Shown here one piece after another: positions 17,419 to 26,258 of a DNA stretch of 64,000 nucleotides (its first letter is position 1; each line of letters starts with the position of its first letter). A program made the translations under genes and the position numbers. The DNA is taken from the NCBI GenBank assembly GCA_963170165.1, contig CAUJGQ010000026.1:1758-65757 (forward strand), given 5' to 3'. This DNA is from Chloroflexota bacterium. GTDB taxonomy: Bacteria; Chloroflexota; Dehalococcoidia; CAUJGQ01. Under the pieces are notes generated by a model. It saw only the letters and a list, made by a program, of their open reading frames with translations, did not search any database and had not been told where the DNA came from.

Positions 17419-19070
17419 CGCCGCCGGTAAATCGCGTAGTCCTCGATCCGCAGATCAAACACGTAGTCCCGCTCGATGAGCGCGTGGAATGCGGAGAACT
17501 GCCGGACCCAGGCAGCCGAGTCCTCAGTACGGCCGGTGATCCAGCGGGCATTCTCCCCTTGCTGAATCAAGATATAGGCAGGTCGCTTCGTCTCCAAGTC
17601 ACGGACAAACTCCTGCTTCCACTCCTCCGGCGTGAACACCGGCATCAGGGGCAGAAAGGACAGGAATCGCGAGGCACTGTCCCGGCCGCTGATCAGGTAG
17701 AAGTTGGGATCGTAACCCCACACAAAGGTGAGGTCGTTCGTGGTCGTGCGGGCACGCACATAGTTGGCCGCCTCCTCCGAGGCGCTGAACGAGTAGGTCC
17801 CGTGATTGCGCAGGCCAAAGCGGTCGAAGTACACCGGACGGTAAGCGGGCTCGCGCACATAGCGCACCAGGTCACGCCATTCACCCAATCCACCATCCGT
17901 GACCATGGGAGTGAACGCCAGCAGGCCTAGCACACCGGCGCCGGAGGCCAGTGCAGCCCACCGGCGGTGGTAGCGCTGGCGCAGCAGTGTCCATGTTTGC
18001 ACCGCCGTCCACGCCGCCAGCAGTGCCAGAAACGGCACGGCCACATGCCAGTGATACACGAAGAACTTGGCCTGCACCGCCACACCGGCCACCGCGACCA
18101 GCAGCAGCAGCGACATCAGCCGCACACCGCGATCCGCACGCACGAGCCCGCCGAAGAATACCGCTGCCAGGGCCGGTGCGCTCACCAGCAGTCGCGAAAC
18201 GGTGTACCACATCACCGAGCCGCGCAGGCCGGTGAGGTAGTTGTCGCGGTCAAAGCCGTCGAACGCATACGGCCCGCCCAGCGCCGCGTAATGCCGCGCG
18301 AAGCGGAACTGGGCAAACAGGTACTCGCCGGCGGCGCCACCGGCCGCCAGGTAGCCGAGCGTTAGCGCCTGCACGGCTGCAAACCCGCCGGCCAGCCAGA
18401 GAGTGCGCTTGATGCTCTGCCGCCGGTCCTGCCGGCAGAGCTCCCAGGCGACCAACGCGGCGGGCAGCAGCGCCACCACCGAGCGAAACTGGAACGCCAG
18501 CCCGAACAGCAGCCCGCAGAACAGCGCAGTCCGTACAGCCGAGCCTGGCAGCCCGCGATCCCAAGCCAGCACCCCCAGCACCACTGGCAACACCATGAAG
18601 CTGTCCGGCTGGGCCATGTTCCAGTAGCCAGAGGTGGTGACGTACAGCAGGCCATACAGCAGGCCGGCCACTGCTCCAGCCGCGCGATCCCACAGATGGC
18701 GGCCGAGCAGGTACACGGCAGTGACACTTGCCAGCGCGAACACCAGGTCAAACGCCCGCAGGCCACGGGCGCCGGCTGGTAGCCAGCCCGCCAGCGCGTA
18801 CACCCAGAACACGCCCGGCGGCTTAACATCCCATACGTCAACATAGAGCGTCTGCCCGCGCAGCAGCGCTTTGCCGGCATACATGAACAGCGCCTGGTCC
18901 GGCCCGTACTGGAAGTTGAGACTGGGCACGCCGGCCACGGCCACGAGCGCGATCGCCACCGCCAGCGGCCAGTGCTCCGCGGCCAGGCGGCGTAGCGCGG
19001 CCCAGCCGGCCGGCCGCGACTGAGCGATGATCCCGCGCGTTGCCGTCCGCTCACCCGCCATGCTGCTCAC
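17415..19070 (-). CDS. GT-C membrane glycosyltransferase (PMT/ArnT-like, GT39/83 family)
   Basis: 551 aa, about 11 TM helices, first-loop acidic motif (YVDVWDVKPP), soluble C-terminal domain. Confidence 0.75.
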   Translation of the reverse strand: MSSMAGERTATRGIIAQSRPAGWAALRRLAAEHWPLAVAIALVAVAGVPSLNFQYGPDQALFMYAGKALLRGQTLYVDVWDVKPPGVFWVYALAGWLPAGARGLRAFDLVFALASVTAVYLLGRHLWDRAAGAVAGLLYGLLYVTTSGYWNMAQPDSFMVLPVVLGVLAWDRGLPGSAVRTALFCGLLFGLAFQFRSVVALLPAALVAWELCRQDRRQSIKRTLWLAGGFAAVQALTLGYLAAGGAAGEYLFAQFRFARHYAALGGPYAFDGFDRDNYLTGLRGSVMWYTVSRLLVSAPALAAVFFGGLVRADRGVRLMSLLLLVAVAGVAVQAKFFVYHWHVAVPFLALLAAWTAVQTWTLLRQRYHRRWAALASGAGVLGLLAFTPMVTDGGLGEWRDLVRYVREPAYRPVYFDRFGLRNHGTYSFSASEEAANYVRARTTTNDLTFVWGYDPNFYLISGRDSASRFLSFLPLMPVFTPEEWKQEFVRDLETKRPAYILIQQGENARWITGRTEDSAAWVRQFSAFHALIERDYVFDLRIEDYAIYRRR

Positions 19071-19108
19071 CGTGCGCCGGCACCGCGGTCGCTGCTATCC
19101 TCGGTGTC

Positions 19109-19405
19109 ATGCGACGCCTGCTGATTGCGCTGCTGCTCGGGGCGCTGGCTAGCCAGACCGCCTGCGTCGACCGGCCAATGATCACCTTCGCGAACCACCG
19201 TGACACGAAGGTCGCGATCCACATTGATGGCGACCGAGTGCTGATCCTGCGGCCGCGCACCGCCGAGGGACTGCCGTATACCGTCGCGGCCTGGACGTGG
19301 CCCCGCCACATCGAGGCGCGCGACGAGCAGAACCGCACCATCCTATCGTTCCACGCGAGCGCGGGCGACCTGCTGGTGCAGAACTGGCGCATCGATATCC
19401 GCTGA
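19109..19405 (+). CDS. Small lipoprotein, hypothetical
   Basis: MRRLLIALLLGALASQTAC lipobox. 3' end overlaps the convergent glycosyltransferase gene by about 60 nt. Confidence 0.45.
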   Translation: MRRLLIALLLGALASQTACVDRPMITFANHRDTKVAIHIDGDRVLILRPRTAEGLPYTVAAWTWPRHIEARDEQNRTILSFHASAGDLLVQNWRIDIR

Positions 19406-20980
19406 CGAATGCAGACACCCGCTCAGCCACAGCAGCCAGGCCACAAGCACCGGCGGCGCAATGGCGGCGGCGGAGAGCACGTGCATTGGCAGCCAATCGC
19501 CTGACGGGCTGTCCGCCCAGCGCACTCGCGCCCATGCGGCCCACACCAGCACGCTCATCGATGTCAGTGACAGCGCCAGCGCGGGCCACAGCCCTGCCCG
19601 CCGCCACGGCACAGCGCACGCCAGCGTCAGAGGCCATAACACATACCAGGGGGCGAAGTACGTCGCGGCCAGCGCCAGATACAGCAACAGCGTGAGTGCC
19701 GCCCCTTCCAGTAGCGCGTCGATGCGCCCCCCGCGCAGCCGGAGCAACAGTGTCGCGTAGGCGCCGAGAAACGCCAGCCGGCCACACCAGGATGCCAGCG
19801 TCTCGGCGGTGCCGGTATCTGTCCATCGCAACAACAACCCCCGCAGCGCGGCCGGGGAGGACACCGTGAAGTAACTGCCTTCATCCAGCGCTGTTCGGAA
19901 CGTAGCAGGTCCGGCCCAGAACGGCGCGTACGCCGCCACCGCCAGCGCCGCAGACAGGACAAGACCGGGCGCAAGCGCCCGCCACTCCGGCCGTCTGCCT
20001 GACCACCACCACCACACCAACAGCAGCGGCAGCAGCAGGAGGGGCGCAAACTTCACCAGCACCGCCGCAGCGAAGGCCACTACCGCTCCAGCGACCGCAG
20101 ACCTGACCAACAGGTAAGCGCACAGCGCCAGCAGGCAGGCCATCACCGCATCATTGTGCCCGTTGCCCGCGACGTGCCACACGACAAACGGATTCCACAG
20201 CAGCGCCAGTGCGGCGGCCGGACCCGTTCCGGGACGCAGCCGGTCGGCAGTGAGCCAAACCAGCCGGCCTGCCGCCAGCAGAAAGCCCGCGCTCATGGCC
20301 TTGAACGCGACGATGGTGGTAACGACCTTACCACCGCCTACCGCCAGCGGAATGGCGGTCAGCAATGTCCACAGCGGGCCGTACGGACTCGGTATCTCTC
20401 GCCAGTTGCGCACCAGCCGCACGAACGGGTCTTCAGGATACAGCTTGGGGGCAGCGACCAGCGGGTTGTCACCATGGACCCAGGCGATGCGGGCGCCGGC
20501 CATGTAGTTGAACAGGTCCTCCGAGGTCAGCGGATGTGTCAGCGCCACCAGCGCGCAACACGCTCCGGCCACACCAAAGACGGCCACCGGACGCGGATGC
20601 GCACCTTCGCGCAGGACCAGGTACAGCGCCGTGGCGTACAGGCCAAACAGGGCGAGCACCGTCAGCGCGTAGCGGGCTGCTCCTCGCAGATCCACCCCAA
20701 ATACGCCAACCAGGTGGATGTCTGGGGACACGGGCTGGTGCCATAGACGCATTGGCCAGACGACTAACGCCAGCCAGACGGCCGCCAGCCCGCACCCGCA
20801 GCCGGCCACGAGCCAGTCACACCGCGCGCCGATTGGGACAGTCGGTACACTCACACGCGCATCGTACCGGGCGACAGGGTGGGGAAGAAGCCGCTCACCC
20901 GCCCCGACCGTCAGCCGGAGCGGGGCGAGCGGTGGACAGCTACTTCTCTTCGATGGTGATCTTGGTGATCCGGTCGCCAC
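19343..20980 (-). CDS. Polytopic membrane glycosyltransferase (GT87/DUF2029-like, GT-C)
   Basis: 545 aa, many TM helices, acidic loop motifs (LTSEDLFNYMAGARIAWVHGDNP). Start uncertain (overlaps the upstream gene by 41 nt). Confidence 0.65.
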   Translation of the reverse strand: MATGSPRSPSKRSSCPPLAPLRLTVGAGERLLPHPVARYDARVSVPTVPIGARCDWLVAGCGCGLAAVWLALVVWPMRLWHQPVSPDIHLVGVFGVDLRGAARYALTVLALFGLYATALYLVLREGAHPRPVAVFGVAGACCALVALTHPLTSEDLFNYMAGARIAWVHGDNPLVAAPKLYPEDPFVRLVRNWREIPSPYGPLWTLLTAIPLAVGGGKVVTTIVAFKAMSAGFLLAAGRLVWLTADRLRPGTGPAAALALLWNPFVVWHVAGNGHNDAVMACLLALCAYLLVRSAVAGAVVAFAAAVLVKFAPLLLLPLLLVWWWWSGRRPEWRALAPGLVLSAALAVAAYAPFWAGPATFRTALDEGSYFTVSSPAALRGLLLRWTDTGTAETLASWCGRLAFLGAYATLLLRLRGGRIDALLEGAALTLLLYLALAATYFAPWYVLWPLTLACAVPWRRAGLWPALALSLTSMSVLVWAAWARVRWADSPSGDWLPMHVLSAAAIAPPVLVAWLLWLSGCLHSSADIDAPVLHQQVARARVER

Positions 20981-22070
20981 GGGTGATCAGCCGGACGACA
21001 TCGAGGCCGCTGGTAACCTTTCCAAACACCGTGTAGTTGTTGTCGAGGAACGATTGCGCGCCGATGGTGATGTAGAACTGGCTACCGGCGGAGTCCGGCG
21101 CGGAGGTCTTGGCCATCGCCAGCGCGCCGTCGTCATGCTTCAGTCCGCTCTTCTCGTCCTTGATGGTGTAGCCTGGCCCGCCGGTGCCGTTACCTGCCGG
21201 GTCACCGCCCTGGATAACGAAATTGGGTTCAACGCGGTGGAAGGTGAGCCCATCGTAGAAGCCGTCGCGCGCCAGAAAGACGAAGTTGTTGACGGTGATC
21301 GGCGCGGCCTTGGCGTCAAGTTGCACCTTGATCTCGCCCTTGACCGTGGCGATGGTGGCGGTATAGGTCTTGTTCGGATCGATGGTCATCGCGGGGGCCG
21401 CTGGGTACTGCTTACCGGCAGCCTGCGCACCCGGCGTCGCCGCCGTCTGGGTGGCCGGTGCTGAGCCGGCCGTTGTGGCCGCGTCCACGGCCGGCTCAAT
21501 CTTCCCGGCCACGACGTTGCACGGCGCTCCGCCTTCTGGGTTGTACTTGCAGACCAGCTTATCGATGAAGTCCTGAACCTGGGCCTCGTCGAAGGCATCC
21601 AGTGTCAGCAGCCGTTGCCAGGCGACGACCGCGATCCGCTTCTCCATCTTGGGATACGGCGCCAGGGCCACCGGCTTGCCTGCCTGGGTGGACCGATTCA
21701 CCACGGGGATGAGCTGGTTGACCAGGTCGACGCAGGCCGTGGGGCAGTTGTACAGCACCCACACACCACCATGCTCCATGAAGTGCGGGATATCCTGCGC
21801 GGTCAGCGGCGTGTCGTAGATACCGGGGCGCACCGTCTCGGCATAGTGCCAGCCGGAGGTAGGCGGGTTGGAGAAGTACGTCCCAACCGTGCCGCCGGCC
21901 GCGATATGCGTGTTGCCATTGGATCGGAACGCCTGTCCGGGCAGGCCATCTGGTGTGGCAGAGACACGGGGCGCCGGTGTGGGCGTTGCGACAAAACCCT
22001 TGTTTGAGTCTTCATTCCCGCCACAGGCCGCCGCGGTGATGACCGCAGAGACAACCAGGAGCGGCAACAA
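20940..22070 (-). CDS. Lipoprotein: DUF3105 domain fused to cyclophilin-type peptidyl-prolyl isomerase
   Basis: Lipobox ITAAAC. N-terminal half has His/Trp/Tyr DUF3105-like motifs (HYAETV...HGGVWVLYNCP); C-terminal half has FHRVEPNFVIQGGDP...GTGGPGY...SAGSQFYIT cyclophilin signature. Confidence 0.8.
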   Translation of the reverse strand: MLPLLVVSAVITAAACGGNEDSNKGFVATPTPAPRVSATPDGLPGQAFRSNGNTHIAAGGTVGTYFSNPPTSGWHYAETVRPGIYDTPLTAQDIPHFMEHGGVWVLYNCPTACVDLVNQLIPVVNRSTQAGKPVALAPYPKMEKRIAVVAWQRLLTLDAFDEAQVQDFIDKLVCKYNPEGGAPCNVVAGKIEPAVDAATTAGSAPATQTAATPGAQAAGKQYPAAPAMTIDPNKTYTATIATVKGEIKVQLDAKAAPITVNNFVFLARDGFYDGLTFHRVEPNFVIQGGDPAGNGTGGPGYTIKDEKSGLKHDDGALAMAKTSAPDSAGSQFYITIGAQSFLDNNYTVFGKVTSGLDVVRLITRGDRITKITIEEK

Positions 22071-22203
22071 ACGATGGACGAACCGGCGGAGGTGGAGTTG
22101 GCGTTTCAGATCAGATCACCATGCAGCGGAATCGGTCGCGCCGGGAGGCGCTCTCCGCCATGGTATACGATCGACGCGGCCTGCTGGGGTGTGCTGGGGC
22201 TGG

Positions 22204-22485
22204 CTAGACCGCCAGCGCCCCTTCCGGCGCCGGTCCGCCGCACTCGACGCCCTCGATGCGCACGAGTTCCGGCGGTACCAGGCTGATACGCAGCACCATC
22301 CCCTCGGGCCGGCCATACACGTCGAGCGCCAGGTTCTCGCCGCGGTCGAGCCTGAGCCGAACATCGCTGGCGGCGCGCTGGAGGACCTGTCCCGATTGCG
22401 CCTCCAATTCCGGCCGGTGGGTGACATCCTCCCGCGCCTGTGCGCTGTACTCGAGCCGGAATGGTGGCGCCGGTGTCGCGGCCAT
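22204..22485 (-). CDS. Hypothetical protein (93 aa)
   Basis: Excellent RBS GAGGAGGAG 6 nt upstream of ATG 22485; divergent from the LLM oxidoreductase gene. Confidence 0.5.
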   Translation of the reverse strand: MAATPAPPFRLEYSAQAREDVTHRPELEAQSGQVLQRAASDVRLRLDRGENLALDVYGRPEGMVLRISLVPPELVRIEGVECGGPAPEGALAV

Positions 22486-22610
22486 GGCGGTCTCCTCCTC
22501 GCGCCGTCTTCCCGGCCATCCTACCAGCGCCTGCCGCCGGTAGCAGGCACCGAAGGGAGTAGCTGCCCTTCCCCGGGACCGCCAGGTTCGTTACAGTCCG
22601 GCAGGAGTCG

Positions 22611-23633
22611 GTGAACGGGACGCCTATGACCAAGCGGTTGGGCATCGCGGCGGGTTTTGCACCCTCGGCGGCCGAACGGGAGGACTTCTTCGCCCGGTTG
22701 CGCATCGCCGATGACCTGGGTGTCGACTCAGTGTGGATGGCTGAGGCCGGCGGGCGAGATGCTTTCACCGCCCTGGCCGAGCTAGCACTCACCACCCGTC
22801 GCGTTCGGCTCGGTACGGGCATTGTGAACGTCTTCAGCCGGACCCCTGCCGTGCTGGCGATGACCTTCGCCACGCTCGATGAACTGAGTGGCGGCCGGAT
22901 GATCGCCGGTCTGGGCTCGTCCGCCGGCAACGTCATCGAGCACTTCCACGGCGTCGCCTTCGAGAAGCCGCTGCGCCGCCTGCGTGAGTACGTCGAGATC
23001 ATCAACGTGCTCATCGCCGGCCAACCGCTCGGCTATCGCGGCCGTATCTTCACGCTGGACCGAGGCTTTCGCCTGCAGTTCGCCCCCGTTCGCCCGCACA
23101 TCCCCGTCTACATCGCCGCGATGACGCCGCCCAGTATCGTCCAGACCGGCGAGATCGCCGATGGACTGATGCCGGTCCACTGGCCAAAGAGCCACTACGC
23201 TGAACTGCGCGCCCAGCTGGCAGAGGGCGCGCTCCGGGCGGGGCGGCCGGCTGCGGCAATCGAAGTCGCGCCGTCGGTAGGGATGGTGATCACGAGCGGG
23301 CCGGATGACGAGGAGGCGCTTCGCCGTGCAAGGGAGCCGGTGGCCTACTACATTGGTCGCATGGGCAAGTTCTACGCGGAGATGCTGCAACGGCATGGCT
23401 ATGAGGCCGAGGTCACCGCGGTGCGTGCTGCCTGGGAACGGCGTGACGCCGCCGCCGCCACCGCCGCCGTCAGTGACCGGCTGCTGCGCGAGGTGAGTGT
23501 TGCCGGTCCGCTCGACGCCTGCGCCGAGCAACTGGATGAGCTACGCGCCGCAGGGGCTGGTGTGCCGGTCGTGGCCTTGCCCCCAGGCTCGCCCGTCGAG
23601 ACGGCCCGCATCCTGGAGCGGCTGCTGCGGTAG
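22611..23633 (+). CDS. Luciferase-like monooxygenase (LLM) class flavin/F420-dependent oxidoreductase
   Basis: TIM-barrel LLM pattern (RLGIAAGF...DDLGVDSVWMAEAGGRDAF...GLGSS); GTG 22611 with GGCAGGAG RBS (alternative ATG 22626). Confidence 0.85.
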   Translation: MNGTPMTKRLGIAAGFAPSAAEREDFFARLRIADDLGVDSVWMAEAGGRDAFTALAELALTTRRVRLGTGIVNVFSRTPAVLAMTFATLDELSGGRMIAGLGSSAGNVIEHFHGVAFEKPLRRLREYVEIINVLIAGQPLGYRGRIFTLDRGFRLQFAPVRPHIPVYIAAMTPPSIVQTGEIADGLMPVHWPKSHYAELRAQLAEGALRAGRPAAAIEVAPSVGMVITSGPDDEEALRRAREPVAYYIGRMGKFYAEMLQRHGYEAEVTAVRAAWERRDAAAATAAVSDRLLREVSVAGPLDACAEQLDELRAAGAGVPVVALPPGSPVETARILERLLR

Positions 23634-23647
23634 CGCGGGAGGAGTTG

Positions 23648-24274
23648 ATGAGCGGGTTATTTGAACCGCAGTTCTTCCGCCGCGAGGATGAGGGGCCGGA
23701 CCCAGATTTCTACCGCGAACCACGGCTCACGGTCCATATCGATGACCACGCCATCGCTGCCGTCACGCAGTTGTACCGCGAGCTACTACCGGCCGGCGGC
23801 GCCATCCTGGATCTGATGTCGTCCTGGCGGTCGCACCTGCCGGACGGCGCCTACTCGCGCGTTGCGGGGTTGGGGATGAACGCCGAGGAGCTGGCGGGGA
23901 ACCCGCAACTAACGGAATCCACGGTTCGTGACCTGAACGCCGATCCACGGCTGCCGTATGACGATACAAGCTTTGACGGCTCATGCGTGACCGTCTCTGT
24001 CCAGTACCTGACGTCGCCGGTCAAGGTGTTTCGCGAGGTAAATCGGGTGCTGCGGCCCGGGGCACCGTTCGCCGTTACCTTCTCCAATCGCTGCTTCCCC
24101 TCCAAGGCCGTCGCGCTGTGGCGGGCGACCACCGACCACCAGCACGCTCAGATTATTGCGGCTTACTTCCACGAGAGTGGCAACTGGGATGAGGTGCGCG
24201 CCGAGGACCGTACTCCGCGACGCCCGCACTACACCGACCCGCTGTACGCTGTCTGGGCACGTAAGCAGGGGTAG
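23648..24274 (+). CDS. SAM-dependent methyltransferase-like protein
   Basis: GAILDLMSSW (motif I-like) and VLRPGAPFAVTFSN; GGAGGAG RBS. Confidence 0.6.
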   Translation: MSGLFEPQFFRREDEGPDPDFYREPRLTVHIDDHAIAAVTQLYRELLPAGGAILDLMSSWRSHLPDGAYSRVAGLGMNAEELAGNPQLTESTVRDLNADPRLPYDDTSFDGSCVTVSVQYLTSPVKVFREVNRVLRPGAPFAVTFSNRCFPSKAVALWRATTDHQHAQIIAAYFHESGNWDEVRAEDRTPRRPHYTDPLYAVWARKQG

Positions 24275-24301
24275 CACCGCCACAAGCCGCCGCGATCCCC
24301 A

Positions 24302-24310
24302 TGCTACAAT
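24302..24310 (+). promoter_or_regulatory. Extended -10 promoter element TGcTACAAT upstream of folP
   Basis: TGnTACAAT match 47 nt upstream of the folP ATG; no convincing -35. Confidence 0.3.
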
Positions 24311-24317
24311 TGCGGCT

Positions 24318-24339
24318 GCGCCCCGCGGGATCGGGGCGC
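24318..24339 (+). terminator. GC-rich hairpin (7-bp stem GCGCCCC/GGGGCGC, 8-nt loop): terminator of the upstream methyltransferase gene or 5'-UTR structure of folP
   Basis: Perfect inverted repeat 44 nt after the methyltransferase stop and 18 nt before the folP start; no U-tract. Confidence 0.3.
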
Positions 24340-24356
24340 TGAGGCTGTCTGCCGTT

Positions 24357-25199
24357 ATGTCTCGCGGAGTCACCGTCATCGGCCCGGCGCGGTTCTGCTG
24401 GGGAAGCAGGACCTATGTGATGGGCATCCTCAATCTCACGCCGGACTCCTTCTCGGGTGATGGGCTAGCGGGATCACCAGAACAGGCTGCCGCCCGCGCC
24501 GAAGCGATGGTGCAGGAGGGCGCTGATCTGATTGATGTCGGCGGCGAGTCGTCGCGCCCGGGCGCCACGCCGTTGGACACGGCGACGGAGCTCGCGCGGG
24601 TGCTACCGGTGCTGGACCGGCTCGCGGGACGGCTACCCGTGCCCATCTCCATCGACACAACCAAGCCTGCAGTGGCTCGGGCGGCGCTGGCGGCTGGCGC
24701 AGCGGCGGTGAACGACATTCACGGCCTGCGCGCCGCACCAGAGCTCGCCACCATCGCGGCGGAGCGCAACGCGGCGTTGATTGTCATGGCCAACCTGCGG
24801 GGCGTGGTGTATCAGGACGTAATGCAGGCCGTATGCGCGCAGCTGCGGCACTCCTGCGCCGTCGCGGCGGCGGCGGGGGTGCCGGCCGAACGCGTGATCA
24901 TCGATCCCGGCTTCGGCTTTGGTCCACCACCACAGGACAACCTGGCCATGGTGCGGCGGCTGCCAGAACTGCAGCAACTTAGCCGGCCGCTGTTGCTCGG
25001 GCCATCCCGCAAGTCAACCATCGGCCGTGTCCTCGGTCTACCTCCGGCTGAGCGGCTGGAAGGCACATTGGCGCTGGTGACCCTGGCGGTGGCCGGCGGT
25101 GCTGACATGGTGCGGGTTCACGACGTGCGCGCCGTCGCGCGGGCCACCCGCATGGCCGATGCCGCTGTCCGCGGCCGGCTGCCGGAGGGGGCCGCATGA
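24357..25199 (+). CDS. folP: Dihydropteroate synthase
   Basis: GILNLTPDSFSGDG and DLIDVGGESSRPGA motifs. ATG 24357 gives 280 aa; the ORF-track start at 24156 is an upstream run-on. Confidence 0.85.
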   Translation: MSRGVTVIGPARFCWGSRTYVMGILNLTPDSFSGDGLAGSPEQAAARAEAMVQEGADLIDVGGESSRPGATPLDTATELARVLPVLDRLAGRLPVPISIDTTKPAVARAALAAGAAAVNDIHGLRAAPELATIAAERNAALIVMANLRGVVYQDVMQAVCAQLRHSCAVAAAAGVPAERVIIDPGFGFGPPPQDNLAMVRRLPELQQLSRPLLLGPSRKSTIGRVLGLPPAERLEGTLALVTLAVAGGADMVRVHDVRAVARATRMADAAVRGRLPEGAA

Positions 25200-26203
25200 T
25201 GGACGGTTCGCGCTCCATCGAAGCGCTGGAAGCAGAGCTTGCCGCGGACCCCCTGCTCTTGCTTGGCCTCGTGTGCACGGCAGGCGAGGAGGACCGGCTG
25301 CCGGATGCCGCCACCACCGCGCTAATGGCCCGCCATGCCACGCTTCTGGCCGGCCTACCACGAGGATCGCTGGCGGGCTCGCTGATGCAGGCCCTTGCCA
25401 CTCCGTTCCCCATCGCCGCCATCGAGACACTGACCCGCACAGGCATCACCGCCTTGTTGCTGCCCGAGGTGGAGGCGATGCGGCGGATGCCGGCAGGGGA
25501 GGGCCGTCACAAGGACGTGTACCGCCATACCCTGCTGGTTGTGGCCCAGACACCACCGGAGCCGGTGCTGCGGCTGGCCGCGCTGTTGCACGATATTGGC
25601 AAGCCTGTGACGAAGGTCGTCGAGCGCCACATTGTGCGCTTTCCCAACCACGCCGAGGTGGGCGCGGACCTGGCGCGGCGGCGTCTGCGCGAACTTGGCT
25701 TTGACAAGGCTGTCCGCGAAGCGGTCACGCTGCTGGTCGGGCTACATCTTCGGATCAACAGCTACGAAGCCGAGTGGACGGACGCGGCGGCGCGGCGGCT
25801 GGCCAGAGATGCTGGCGACCAGTTTGACCGGTTGCTGCTGTTGAGCCGGGCCGATGTCACGAGCGCCCGGCGTGAGAACGTCGAACGCGCCCTTCGGCGT
25901 GTGGATGCGATTGAAGCACGGGTAGCCGGGTTGCGCGCCGCCGAGTGGAAGCCACAAAGCCCGCTGGACGGCATCGCCCTCATGGGGTTGTTCGGCCGGG
26001 GTCCCGGGATATGGATTGGCGCCGTCAAGAGCCATCTCGCGGCGCTGGTCGAAGCGGGCGAGCTTGGCGCCGAGGACACGGTGCGCGCGGCTGCAATCGC
26101 CCGCGATCTGCTGGCCGGCGCAGACTTCGACTTGCGCCCTGGCCGGCCGCAAGACGGGGCAGCAGCACCGGCGGCGCCCCACACGAACGGCGGGCCGGGT
26201 TGA
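25196..26203 (+). CDS. HD-domain protein (CCA-enzyme/poly(A)-polymerase-type HD domain without nucleotidyltransferase head)
   Basis: HKDVYRHTL ... AALLHDIGKP signature; ATGA overlap with the folP stop. Confidence 0.7.
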   Translation: MMDGSRSIEALEAELAADPLLLLGLVCTAGEEDRLPDAATTALMARHATLLAGLPRGSLAGSLMQALATPFPIAAIETLTRTGITALLLPEVEAMRRMPAGEGRHKDVYRHTLLVVAQTPPEPVLRLAALLHDIGKPVTKVVERHIVRFPNHAEVGADLARRRLRELGFDKAVREAVTLLVGLHLRINSYEAEWTDAAARRLARDAGDQFDRLLLLSRADVTSARRENVERALRRVDAIEARVAGLRAAEWKPQSPLDGIALMGLFGRGPGIWIGAVKSHLAALVEAGELGAEDTVRAAAIARDLLAGADFDLRPGRPQDGAAAPAAPHTNGGPG

Positions 26204-26258
26204 CGCCTGTTCGTGGCGCGTCCGGCCCGCCGGTTTTGCAGCTGTGCGCTGGAGAGCG

